In this document: positions 52,288-60,799 of the stretch, in pieces
Numbering within the stretch: the stretch's first letter is position 1
How the letters are laid out: each line of letters starts with the position of its first letter
DNA from: an uncultured delta proteobacterium
GTDB taxonomy: Bacteria > Myxococcota_A > Polyangia > Fen-1088
DNA: 64,000 bases
Reading direction: 5' to 3'
Assembly: GCA_963796685.1 (NCBI GenBank)
Contig: CAWCMR010000013.1
Location: 352,001 to 416,000, forward strand
The notes under the pieces: model-generated
What the model was told of the DNA's origin: nothing
Databases searched by the model: none
What the model saw: the letters and a program-made list of their open reading frames with translations, nothing else
Program-made: the position numbers and the translations under genes

Positions 52288-52680
52288 ATGTCAAAAAGCC
52301 TCTCGCAAGCCAGCGCGGTGATGTCCAGTCCCGAAAAACGCCAGCACCTCCGCTTTGACAAGGTCTTTCCCGTTCGAGTGGAATCGGTCCTGTTCGGCGA
52401 GCTACCAGGCGTGGCCAGAAACGTCTCGGCCGGTGGGATCTTCATCGAGATGCGCGATCCCCTGCCCTTGGGCGCGCGCGTTCGCATTTCCTTCCTCAAT
52501 CCCGAAGAGACCGCCGAGATCGTGGCGCTCGGCGAGGTCAAGAACCACTACTTCGTGAACTACGTTCAAAGCGGCGCCACCCGGTCGATCTCGGGGATGG
52601 CCGTCCGGTTCGAAGGCTTCGAAAACGAAAGCCAGCAGATCTTGAGCGACTGCCTGAATCGCTTTCGCGTTCTCAACTGA
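52288..52680 (+). CDS. PilZ-domain protein
   Basis: RQHLR (RxxxR) and NVSAGG c-di-GMP motifs. Confidence 0.88.
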   Translation: MSKSLSQASAVMSSPEKRQHLRFDKVFPVRVESVLFGELPGVARNVSAGGIFIEMRDPLPLGARVRISFLNPEETAEIVALGEVKNHYFVNYVQSGATRSISGMAVRFEGFENESQQILSDCLNRFRVLN

Positions 52681-52691
52681 TCGCCCGGTCC

Positions 52692-54191
52692 TCATTCGAG
52701 AACGCGCGGACGAACCGTGATCGACTCCTTGAGCGGCACGGTGACATCGGCGTCGATGGGGATTTCAACCTCGCTCGGTCCCTTGACGATAGCCAGCGTT
52801 CTGGCTCCGTCGCGAATGCTGATTTCGTAGCGCCCGGGCAGAATCCCGGCAAGCGCGAACTTGCCATCCTTTTCGTCCAGAGCCGCCACCGCAGGCCTGG
52901 GAAAAGCCAAAGGCGAAGAACGGCTGATGAGCAGCACCCTGGCATCGGAAGAAATGTGAAAACCCGCCTCCGGCAAGACATTGCCCGTGACCCGCGATCC
53001 CTTCTTCTTCAGCGAAAGCTCGACCTCCACCTCTCCGCCTTCGCTGAGCTCGATCTTCTCCGGCGGATAGGCCAGCATGTCGCCCTTGCGCGCCCACAGG
53101 TAGTAGGTGCCTGGCACGAATCGGTCTTGCGCAAATGTCCCCGCGCTGTCGCTGGTCCAGAAGATGGGGGTCGTCGGCATGCCGGGAACGTCCGAGAGCA
53201 AGGCCGCCACGGTGGCATTGGCTTCCGGGTCTCCACTCTTGTCGCGCACGACCCCGCGAATGACCGTCGCGCGGTCCAGCTTGATGGAGGTGCGCGCGCC
53301 GGAGCCGGCCTGGACTGCCTTCATCACGATGGGGCGCCAGCCGAACTTGGTGACGCGCAGAAAATACCGACGCGCCTCCAGCCCTCCCAGGATGAAGGTG
53401 CCGTCCTCACCACTTCGGGCGCTGCTGCTCGCGATGCCGTCTTCCGCGGTGCGCAGCGCCGACACTTCGGCGCCGGCCACTGGCGTAGGCGTGGGCGAAT
53501 TGGCGAGGATGCGGCCCTTGATGACCGACTCTGGCCCCAGCCGGAAAACCTTCGGTTGGCCGCCCGCCATGGGAGCCAGCTTCTCCGCAGGGAAGCGCTC
53601 GACGATCTCGCTGGCCAGGCCGGGACGGCTGAACCGCAGCGAATAGCTCCAGGGCCCGGGCCGTAGACGGACACGAAAGGTCCCATCCTTGGACGAAACT
53701 TCTTGATCGAGTGCGGTGAGCTGGGTGCCACGCGAAACCCACACGTCGATGTGGGCGCCCTCGATGCGGCGCCCGCTATCGTCGATCAGCCGGCCCGTCA
53801 CGGGGATCTCCGGTCGATCAGCAGTGTCACGGTTGAATGCCGCGCGCTGGAATTCCAGCTCGGAACCGAACAGACAGCGAGGCTTGGACGACCAGGGCAG
53901 TGCGCATTCCGGCGCGAGCGTCGTGCAGAATTCGACGCAGTTGTCCTCGTTCTTGGGGTCGCAGATGATGGGGCGCGACTGGTCGGCATCGAGGAACGGC
54001 GCTGCCGAAACGTCCCTGCCCGTGCAGTAGACGCACCCCTCCTGCTGCTCGATGCAGAGCGCCTCGCGCAGCACGGGCGCGGCGTTGTTCGAAGGTTGGT
54101 TGCTCTTGGCTCCGGCGGAACGCTTGCAGGCTCCAGCCGCGACGAGGGGCAGGAGCGCAACAGCGAACCGAATGGCCAAGGATCGGAGCAA
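52692..54191 (-). CDS. lipoprotein with carboxypeptidase-regulatory-like (Ig-fold) repeats
   Basis: AAGAC lipobox, Cys cluster, repeated GRxxDxxGxxIxGA..DGxF units; start uncertain. Confidence 0.75.
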   Translation of the reverse strand: MLRSLAIRFAVALLPLVAAGACKRSAGAKSNQPSNNAAPVLREALCIEQQEGCVYCTGRDVSAAPFLDADQSRPIICDPKNEDNCVEFCTTLAPECALPWSSKPRCLFGSELEFQRAAFNRDTADRPEIPVTGRLIDDSGRRIEGAHIDVWVSRGTQLTALDQEVSSKDGTFRVRLRPGPWSYSLRFSRPGLASEIVERFPAEKLAPMAGGQPKVFRLGPESVIKGRILANSPTPTPVAGAEVSALRTAEDGIASSSARSGEDGTFILGGLEARRYFLRVTKFGWRPIVMKAVQAGSGARTSIKLDRATVIRGVVRDKSGDPEANATVAALLSDVPGMPTTPIFWTSDSAGTFAQDRFVPGTYYLWARKGDMLAYPPEKIELSEGGEVEVELSLKKKGSRVTGNVLPEAGFHISSDARVLLISRSSPLAFPRPAVAALDEKDGKFALAGILPGRYEISIRDGARTLAIVKGPSEVEIPIDADVTVPLKESITVRPRVLE

Positions 54192-54311
54192 GTGGTTACC
54201 TCGGGGAGGAGTATAGGACAGGCATCGTGTGGCATGGGCCAAGATTGCGGCTGCCTTTGCGCTGAAAAGATCGGTTGCAAGCGCCATCCCCGACAAGCCA
54301 TCCTGACCTGC

Positions 54312-54926
54312 GTGCGGGGAAAATTTCTGGTGCTCGAAGGTATCGACGGATCTGGGACCACCACCCAGCTGGACAGGGCGGTCGCCCACATCGTCAGCTT
54401 GGGCCATCCGGCCGTGGCTACGCGCGAGCCGAGCTCCGGCCCCGTCGGCCGGCTCTTGCGTGAAGCCCTACTCGGACAGCACCGGATGGCGGATGGCTCG
54501 GCGATGGATGGCCGAAGCATGGCCTTGCTCTTTGCGGCAGACCGAATCGACCATTTGAAACGCGAGATCGAACCCCACCTGGCCTCGGGCACAACGGTGA
54601 TCTCGGATCGCTACCTGCTCTCTTCGCTGGCCTACCAGGCCGAAGAGGCCGACCGCGACTGGGTGATGCGTTTGGCCCGTGGAATCCTGCGCCCGGATTT
54701 GACCATCTTGCTCGACCTGCCTATCGAAGTCGCGGCCCGGCGGCGCGAGGCTGCCGGCCGACCGATCGAGCGCTACGACGCCGACTCCTACCTGGCCAGG
54801 GTCGCGGCCAACTATCGTGATCTCGCCCGTCAGGATCCCGCGGTCGTGACGCTTGACGCCACGGCAAGCAAGGACGATGTCACCGCGGCGCTGTGCAGGG
54901 CCATTGCGCCGCTTTTCGCGCCGTAG
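54312..54926 (+). CDS. tmk: thymidylate kinase
   Basis: FLVLEGIDGSGTTTQ, TREP, LFAADR, SDRYLLSSLAYQ. Confidence 0.93.
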   Translation: MRGKFLVLEGIDGSGTTTQLDRAVAHIVSLGHPAVATREPSSGPVGRLLREALLGQHRMADGSAMDGRSMALLFAADRIDHLKREIEPHLASGTTVISDRYLLSSLAYQAEEADRDWVMRLARGILRPDLTILLDLPIEVAARRREAAGRPIERYDADSYLARVAANYRDLARQDPAVVTLDATASKDDVTAALCRAIAPLFAP

Positions 54927-54972
54927 CTCGCCCTTGTTCGCGCCCACCCGCCGGGCATGAGACAATCCGTCC

Positions 54973-55524
54973 ATGGAGCGTATTAGGCAGCGTCCCTGGA
55001 CCACCCTTGCGGCAGCGAACCTTTCCCTGGTCTTTTGTGCTTGCGCCACCGGCGTGGCGCAAGCACCTGGCCTCGAGCCGGCGGCTCTCCCTGACGTGCC
55101 CGCAGCGCCGTCGGATTCTCCGCCTCCGCCGGCACCACCGCTAACGTCGCCCAAGGTCGACGCAGCACCGTCCCGGCCGTGTACCATGTTCGCAAAGCCC
55201 GGTGTGTTGCGGCGGGCGGCCCTGATCCATCTGGTCGACGCTGGCCTGCCTCGCTGGATGCAAGGGGTCGAGGGCGACCGCATGCTTGCCAACCATCGTT
55301 TCCAAGGTTGGCTCATCAAGAGCCTCTATCCCGGCGACCGCTGTTACCGGGAAATCGACCTGCACAGCGGCGATATCGTGCAAAAGGTGAACGGAAAATC
55401 CATCGAGAAGCCCGAGCAGGCCTTCGACGTTGCCGAATCCCTCCGCACTGCGCCGGCCATTGTGGTGGACTTCTTGCGGGCGGGGAAAGCCCAACGTATC
55501 ACGCTCGCCATCAGCGACGAGTAG
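54973..55524 (+). CDS. lipoprotein with PDZ/GspC-like C-terminal domain
   Basis: LHSGDIVQKVNGKSIEKP..VDFLRAG. Confidence 0.65.
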   Translation: MERIRQRPWTTLAAANLSLVFCACATGVAQAPGLEPAALPDVPAAPSDSPPPPAPPLTSPKVDAAPSRPCTMFAKPGVLRRAALIHLVDAGLPRWMQGVEGDRMLANHRFQGWLIKSLYPGDRCYREIDLHSGDIVQKVNGKSIEKPEQAFDVAESLRTAPAIVVDFLRAGKAQRITLAISDE

Positions 55525-55538
55525 GGTTCCTAGTCTAG

Positions 55539-57671
55539 CTAGCGCTTGTGCTTGGCCGCCGGGTGTCTGACGGGCCCCTTCCTTTTCGCGACCACTCTCT
55601 TTGCCTGAGCGGGGGTGGGCTTGGTTTCGCCGGTCGCACCACCAAGTCCGGCTTTGGTGGCGCCGCCGGCAGTACCAAGCCCGGGAGCGGCCGTCTTTCC
55701 CGACGGCGGGGAAGTGGGAAGGACGGCTGGGCCGGGTGCGACGCTTGAATCGGGGGAACCCTGCCCCAACCCGCCCGCCAAGGGCTCGCGTGTTGGCGGG
55801 GGCTTTGTCGCCGCCATCTGACTGGTAGACGTCGAGGTGGGGCTGAACGACGTGTTCTTGCCCTTCCCCTTCACCATCATGACGATGACCACAACCAAAG
55901 CCAGGACCACAACCGCGGCGATGATCAGGATAAGCGTGCGCCGACCGCCGCTGATCTCCCCGACCATTTCACGCTCGTTGATCTTCTCGCCTGGAACCTC
56001 GGGACCCATTGCCGGGACCGAGGTGGACGTACCCCCCGTGCGCAAGGAGAACTTCTTGCGATCCTCGACGGTCACCGAGCCATCGTCGACGTACCGGTCT
56101 TCGAGCGGCCTTGCGTCCTCGGCCGCGATGGGGCCTTCCGCGACAGGTTTGCCGGTAGACTGCATCTTGGCCTTGGCCTCGGCCACCATCTGCTCGACAT
56201 CGCCCTGTTTGAACCACAGGGTTTCACGGAAGGCCGCACCACTCTTGGGGGGTGCGCCTTTTCCTGCTTCGCCAGGTACGACGCCGACCGGCTGGGCTGG
56301 CGCCGGCTGGGCGGATCTGGCAAACGCCGGCTGGACAGGCGCCGGTGTGGCCGCGGGGACCATCGTTGCCTGCGCCGGGAGGTGTGCGCGCGGAAGCGGG
56401 GCCGGGGTGGGCGCATACGGCGCCGGGGTCGGAGCGGATGCCTTCCCGAATGTCTGCGCCTGGGGTCCCGGCATGGCGGCCTGGGCAGCGACGGTGGGCG
56501 CGACATGAGGCGCCGGGCGCGTGGCCAAGGGCTGCGCGTAGGGTGTCGCCTGAGGAGCCACGGCTCCGACGGTGATCGTCTGCCCAATTTCCATCGGCCG
56601 GGGCTGTGGGGCGCCGGGCGCGGTCGGCGCCGATGAGGGCATGGGCTCGCCGGCCAAGGCCTTGGCCGCTCTGGCTTCGGCCACCATCCTGGCGATGTCG
56701 GCCTGGTTTCCGCCGAACATCATGGTCTTGGCAAGACCGACTTCCCCGGCGGGCTTGGCCGCGCCCACAGCTTGCGCCTTGAGCGCTTCGAGCTCGTTCA
56801 GGAAAAGACGCAAGGTGAGGTGGCGCCGGCTGGAGCTCTTGTCGAGCGCTTTGAGCACGAGCTTGTCGGCGTCGGGTGGCAAGTTTGCGCCAGGCCGCCG
56901 CTGCGTGGGCGGCAAGACCGGCGTGGACACCTGCATATCGAGCACCGCCTGCACGCTGGCCCCCTGGAAGGGCGGCTCACCGGTAAGCAGGTGGTAGAAA
57001 ATGGCAGCCAGGCTGTAGGTGTTCGAACGCTGATCGACCGGCTTGCCTTGCACCTGCTCGGGCGAGAGGTAGGCAGCGACGCCTGAAACCTTCTCGTTGA
57101 TGGGTACGGCGAGGGGAAAGTTGATGACCTTCACCTCTCCCGACGCGGACACCAGAATGTTCTTCGGGGCCACATCGCGGTGGACCAAGCCCACTTTCTG
57201 GGCCTCCAGCAAGGCCTGTCCGACCTGCGCCACGATGGATTTCGCTTGCTGGAAGTCCACCGGCCCGGCCGCGAGGATGCGTTCGAGCGAATCGCCCTGG
57301 CAAAGCTCCGTCGCAATGGCGAGACCGCCGATGGGCGTCTTCTCGCAGTCGAGGACGGTGGCGACCTTGGGGCTGCTCACCCGCATGAGCTGTCTGAATT
57401 CTCGCTCCATCCTCGCCAGCGTGGCAGGCGTGGAAACGACCCCAGGCAGGACGCTTTTGTACGCAACTTCTTGGCCGGTCTGGCTGTCGAGCGCGCGCCA
57501 CACCTCGCCTGTCCTTCCGCCACCGATCTTCTCGATGGGCTGGAAACGGCCCGCCGCGTGGGTGGCCATCGGTTGGAGACGTTGTGGTCCCTCGGCAGTC
57601 GCACAGGTCTCCTGCGGGCAGAAGTTTGCGTCCTCGGGGTACTGCGTTTTACAAATTGGGCAGAATTTCAT
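55539..57671 (-). CDS. Ser/Thr protein kinase-like membrane protein (probable pseudokinase)
   Basis: Zn-ribbon N-terminus, IGGGRTGEVW, HRDVAPKN, YLSPEQ; NFP in place of DFG; TM near the C-terminus. Confidence 0.85.
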   Translation of the reverse strand: MKFCPICKTQYPEDANFCPQETCATAEGPQRLQPMATHAAGRFQPIEKIGGGRTGEVWRALDSQTGQEVAYKSVLPGVVSTPATLARMEREFRQLMRVSSPKVATVLDCEKTPIGGLAIATELCQGDSLERILAAGPVDFQQAKSIVAQVGQALLEAQKVGLVHRDVAPKNILVSASGEVKVINFPLAVPINEKVSGVAAYLSPEQVQGKPVDQRSNTYSLAAIFYHLLTGEPPFQGASVQAVLDMQVSTPVLPPTQRRPGANLPPDADKLVLKALDKSSSRRHLTLRLFLNELEALKAQAVGAAKPAGEVGLAKTMMFGGNQADIARMVAEARAAKALAGEPMPSSAPTAPGAPQPRPMEIGQTITVGAVAPQATPYAQPLATRPAPHVAPTVAAQAAMPGPQAQTFGKASAPTPAPYAPTPAPLPRAHLPAQATMVPAATPAPVQPAFARSAQPAPAQPVGVVPGEAGKGAPPKSGAAFRETLWFKQGDVEQMVAEAKAKMQSTGKPVAEGPIAAEDARPLEDRYVDDGSVTVEDRKKFSLRTGGTSTSVPAMGPEVPGEKINEREMVGEISGGRRTLILIIAAVVVLALVVVIVMMVKGKGKNTSFSPTSTSTSQMAATKPPPTREPLAGGLGQGSPDSSVAPGPAVLPTSPPSGKTAAPGLGTAGGATKAGLGGATGETKPTPAQAKRVVAKRKGPVRHPAAKHKR

Positions 57672-57828
57672 CCGGTACCTGGAGGTGGTGTCACTCCGAC
57701 CGCGCGGAATACCCGTTGCGGGAGCGAAGTCCGGCGATCTTAGGGCAGAGCCCCTCCCAAGATCAACATTCGTGCCGCCGAGAGGTGAGAAACATCTCAG
57801 TCAGAGCCGCAACGCGGCAGTGCCAGGG

Positions 57829-57996
57829 CTACTTGGTTGCGCTCTTGGGCGCCGCTTTTCCAGGTTCGCCAAGCCCGGCGAAGAGCTCCGTCTCGGACAA
57901 CGTCGAGTGGCGGCTTTCCTTGCTCTTGCGCTTATGCCCGGCATTGCCGTGCCGGCGCGTACGCTTCTTCCAGGTCTGGCGAGAATTCGATGCCAT
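57829..57996 (-). CDS. small basic protein (55 aa, not in the ORF track)
   Basis: MASNSRQTWKKRTRRHGNAGHKRKSKESRHSTLSETELFAGLGEPGKAAPKSATK*. Confidence 0.6.
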   Translation of the reverse strand: MASNSRQTWKKRTRRHGNAGHKRKSKESRHSTLSETELFAGLGEPGKAAPKSATK

Positions 57997-58038
57997 GGTC
58001 GGGTTCAACTAGCAGAGGTGGGGGGCCAGGTCAAACCC

Positions 58039-58242
58039 TAATCCCGCGATAGCCGCCGAAGGTCGTGGTCGTGGCCGTGGTCGTGGCCGGTTGTAATTGC
58101 CGTCTCGGCCACGGCCACGGCCACGGTAAGCCGTCTACATCCACGACCGACCGTCATCGCTCCGATTGGGTGCGCGGATCCGTCGTGGAAAGGCGTCTCT
58201 TTCTGGCCCTTCCGCGCTGCCGCTCTTCTTGTCGCGGGATTA
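58039..58242. mobile_element. MITE-like repeat, copy 1
   Basis: 11-bp terminal IRs TAATCCCGCGA/TCGCGGGATTA; internal GTGGCC/GGCCAC hexamer hairpin; homologous to 63262-63445. Confidence 0.75.
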
Positions 58243-58379
58243 CGGTCAAATGAGAACGCCGGCCTGGGTACGTTCTCGCTGATCTGGAAGCATCGCGAGA
58301 CGCTCCGTCGATGAGCCAGAGGGATCTGGCGGCCAACGACATTTCCACCTCACAAGAGTGTATGCAAGAATAGGGCAAC

Positions 58380-59528
58380 ATGCTCCAACACCTGAAGATC
58401 GAGGGCTACAAATCGGTGGCCAGCCTGGATTTGGATCTCGGCCCCCTGAACGTGCTCGTCGGCGCGAACGGCACGGGGAAGTCCAATATCCTGTCAGTTT
58501 TCGGGCTGCTGAATCACCTCGAGGATGAGGAAGGGCTTGCCAACTACGTCCAAGTCCAAGGCGGCGCCAGCTCGCTCCTCCACCTCGGCCCCAAGAAGAC
58601 GGTCCGAATGTCGTTCGAGATCATCTTCGAGACAGAAGACGAGTCCTCCGTCGAGGCGAAGCAAGGACGGAATTTTTACCATGCGGCCTTCACGTACGGT
58701 GCGCGGGATTTCTTGGTCTTTGGCGAGGAGAAGGTTGGGTACGAGCCCGCGGATCGGTCTCTCCCAGCCGAGTGGTTTCTTACCTCTGCCCGGAACAGGT
58801 CGCGGCTGGCTGACGTGGTTGCTCACGTCGGGCCAGGGGGACCGATCGAAGAATTCATCAAAGGCCATCTCCGCCGCTGCCGTCTCTACCATTTCCATGA
58901 CACATCTCGCGAGGCAGCAGTCCGGCGACTCGCGGATCTACACGCCGAGCGCGACCTCGACGAGGATGCAGGCAACCTCGCTCCCTTCCTGCTCATGCTG
59001 CGCCAGAGTCATCCGCGGCGTTTTCAAGAGATCGTCGAAATCGTTCGCCTCGCGTTCCCGCCTTTCAGGGATCTCGTTCTCGATCCGTCCCGGTCGGATC
59101 CAGGAAAGATCATGCTGCGATGGCGCGAGCGGGCCAGCGACTACGAGTTCGGCCCCCATCAAATGTCGGACGGAACCCTACGCTTCCTGTGCCTGGCTAC
59201 GCTGCTACTCCAGCCCTTCGAAGATGTCAACGCACCCAAGCTTGTCGCTTTGGATGAACCCGAGCTGGGTCTGCACCCCCATGCGATTCAGTTGCTTGCC
59301 TCGATGTTGGCACGAGCCGCGCGAACCGTTCAAATCATCGTTTCGACCCAGGCGGCTTCCCTGGTGTCGGCGCTGGCGGATCCGGCCGCCATCGTCGTGG
59401 TCGAGCGCGAAGATGCCGGCACCACGGCACGCCGGCTGACAGCCGAAGAGGTCGACCCCTGGCTCGACGAGTATTCCCTCGGCGACATCTGGGAGAAGGG
59501 TGTGTTTGGAGGAAGGCCGAGGCCGTGA
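58380..59528 (+). CDS. AAA_21-type (ABC/SMC-like) ATPase
   Basis: IEGYKS, GANGTGKS, MSDGTLR, LDEPELGLHP, VSTQ. Confidence 0.92.
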   Translation: MLQHLKIEGYKSVASLDLDLGPLNVLVGANGTGKSNILSVFGLLNHLEDEEGLANYVQVQGGASSLLHLGPKKTVRMSFEIIFETEDESSVEAKQGRNFYHAAFTYGARDFLVFGEEKVGYEPADRSLPAEWFLTSARNRSRLADVVAHVGPGGPIEEFIKGHLRRCRLYHFHDTSREAAVRRLADLHAERDLDEDAGNLAPFLLMLRQSHPRRFQEIVEIVRLAFPPFRDLVLDPSRSDPGKIMLRWRERASDYEFGPHQMSDGTLRFLCLATLLLQPFEDVNAPKLVALDEPELGLHPHAIQLLASMLARAARTVQIIVSTQAASLVSALADPAAIVVVEREDAGTTARRLTAEEVDPWLDEYSLGDIWEKGVFGGRPRP

Positions 59529-60211
59529 GGCGCGTTCTGGTTCTGGTCGAAGGACAGACCGAAGAGACCTTCTTCAATGGCGTGATTCGCCCACACCTGA
59601 CTGCTCTCGGGATCGACGCGAACTGCACCCGCATATGCACCCAGCGCGAGCAAGGCCGGCGCACGTTCCGTGGCGGCCACGGTCACAAGTGGGGTCACAT
59701 CGAACGCGATATCCGGCTGCTGCTTGGTAGCAAGCCCGATCGTGTCAGCACCTTGATCGACCTTTACGCCTTTCCGCGCGACATGCCGGGCTTTCCCAGC
59801 CCGTGGCCCAACACAACCCAAGACCGGGTGGCCGTGCTTAGCGCGGCGTTCGCGGCGGCCATAGACGACGTGCGCTTCCTTCCCGGCCTGCTGGTACACG
59901 AATTCGAAGGTTTGCTCTTCTCCGATGTCGACAAGCTCGTCGACGTAGTCAGCCTGGTCGCGGGGGAAGCCGCCCAGGCGAAGCCCGCGCTGCAGGCCGT
60001 GCGCGATCGGTTCGGCACACCCGAGGACATCGATGATGGGGTCGACACCGCTCCTTCGAAAAGAATCCTGGAGATCGTCGGGACCTACGCCAAGGTCAGC
60101 CACGGGCCGAGGATCGCCCAGGCCATCGGCCTTCCGAGCCTGCGCCAAGCTTGCCCCCATTTTGACGGCTGGCTCCAGCGGCTGGAGAAGATCGGAACGT
60201 CGGAAGACTAG
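59525..60211 (+). CDS. DUF4276-family (TOPRIM/RloB-like) protein
   Basis: LVEGQTEETF, DLY, HEFEGLLFSD, PEDIDD..TAPSKRI, YAKVSHG, CPHFDGW. Confidence 0.85.
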   Translation: MRRVLVLVEGQTEETFFNGVIRPHLTALGIDANCTRICTQREQGRRTFRGGHGHKWGHIERDIRLLLGSKPDRVSTLIDLYAFPRDMPGFPSPWPNTTQDRVAVLSAAFAAAIDDVRFLPGLLVHEFEGLLFSDVDKLVDVVSLVAGEAAQAKPALQAVRDRFGTPEDIDDGVDTAPSKRILEIVGTYAKVSHGPRIAQAIGLPSLRQACPHFDGWLQRLEKIGTSED

Positions 60212-60322
60212 TCGGCTGGGCGAGCGTGGAGTTCGCGCGGGCAGCGGTCGAAAAGTGTGGGACGGCACGCATTCGATCCGCGATGTCACGACGAGACCTC
60301 GCAGATTCGAGTCCTGAAGGAC

Positions 60323-60784
60323 CTATCGCTCTCCAGCCAGCGGGGATGTCTCAACGTGTTCTGGTTGTGCCTTGCGCCTTCCCGCCCAAAACATGGCCCA
60401 TCCATCGGCTACAAAAAGCGCGGCCACGAGCATGGGCCCCATCTGGGACCACTCGATATTGAGTCCATGAGAAGTCGGCACAGAGTGAAAATGCGCGACC
60501 GCATCCCATGTCTGGCCAAGCCCGAAGAACATGGCGACGCCACCGTAGAATCGCTTCTCCGTCCTTCTCAGTCGCCCGACGAGGAGAGCCGCGCCGACCA
60601 CGAGGAAAAACAGAGCGAACCTTCCACCGCCTACTTGGCCAAGTGTGTCTTTGATACTCCGGAGGATGTAGAACGCAAACAGACTGCCAATCACAACAAC
60701 GATCAGGATCGTCGCGATTCGGTCACATTTCGACTTCGAAGACCAACCATTCGATTTCCCCATGTCATCACCTCTGTTGATCAT
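60323..60784 (-). CDS. small multi-pass membrane protein
   Basis: 3-4 hydrophobic segments. Confidence 0.5.
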   Translation of the reverse strand: MINRGDDMGKSNGWSSKSKCDRIATILIVVVIGSLFAFYILRSIKDTLGQVGGGRFALFFLVVGAALLVGRLRRTEKRFYGGVAMFFGLGQTWDAVAHFHSVPTSHGLNIEWSQMGPMLVAALFVADGWAMFWAGRRKAQPEHVETSPLAGER

Positions 60785-60799
60785 ATCATCCCCCCATGC

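Noticed and set aside
58060-58130. CRISPR array from GTGGCC/GGCCAC repeats
   Set aside because: These are tandem hexamers without spacers and no cas genes are present; they are part of the MITE-like hairpin.
58036-58245. Integron attC site
   Set aside because: The ends do not match RYYYAAC/GTTRRRY, the length is excessive and no integron integrase is present.
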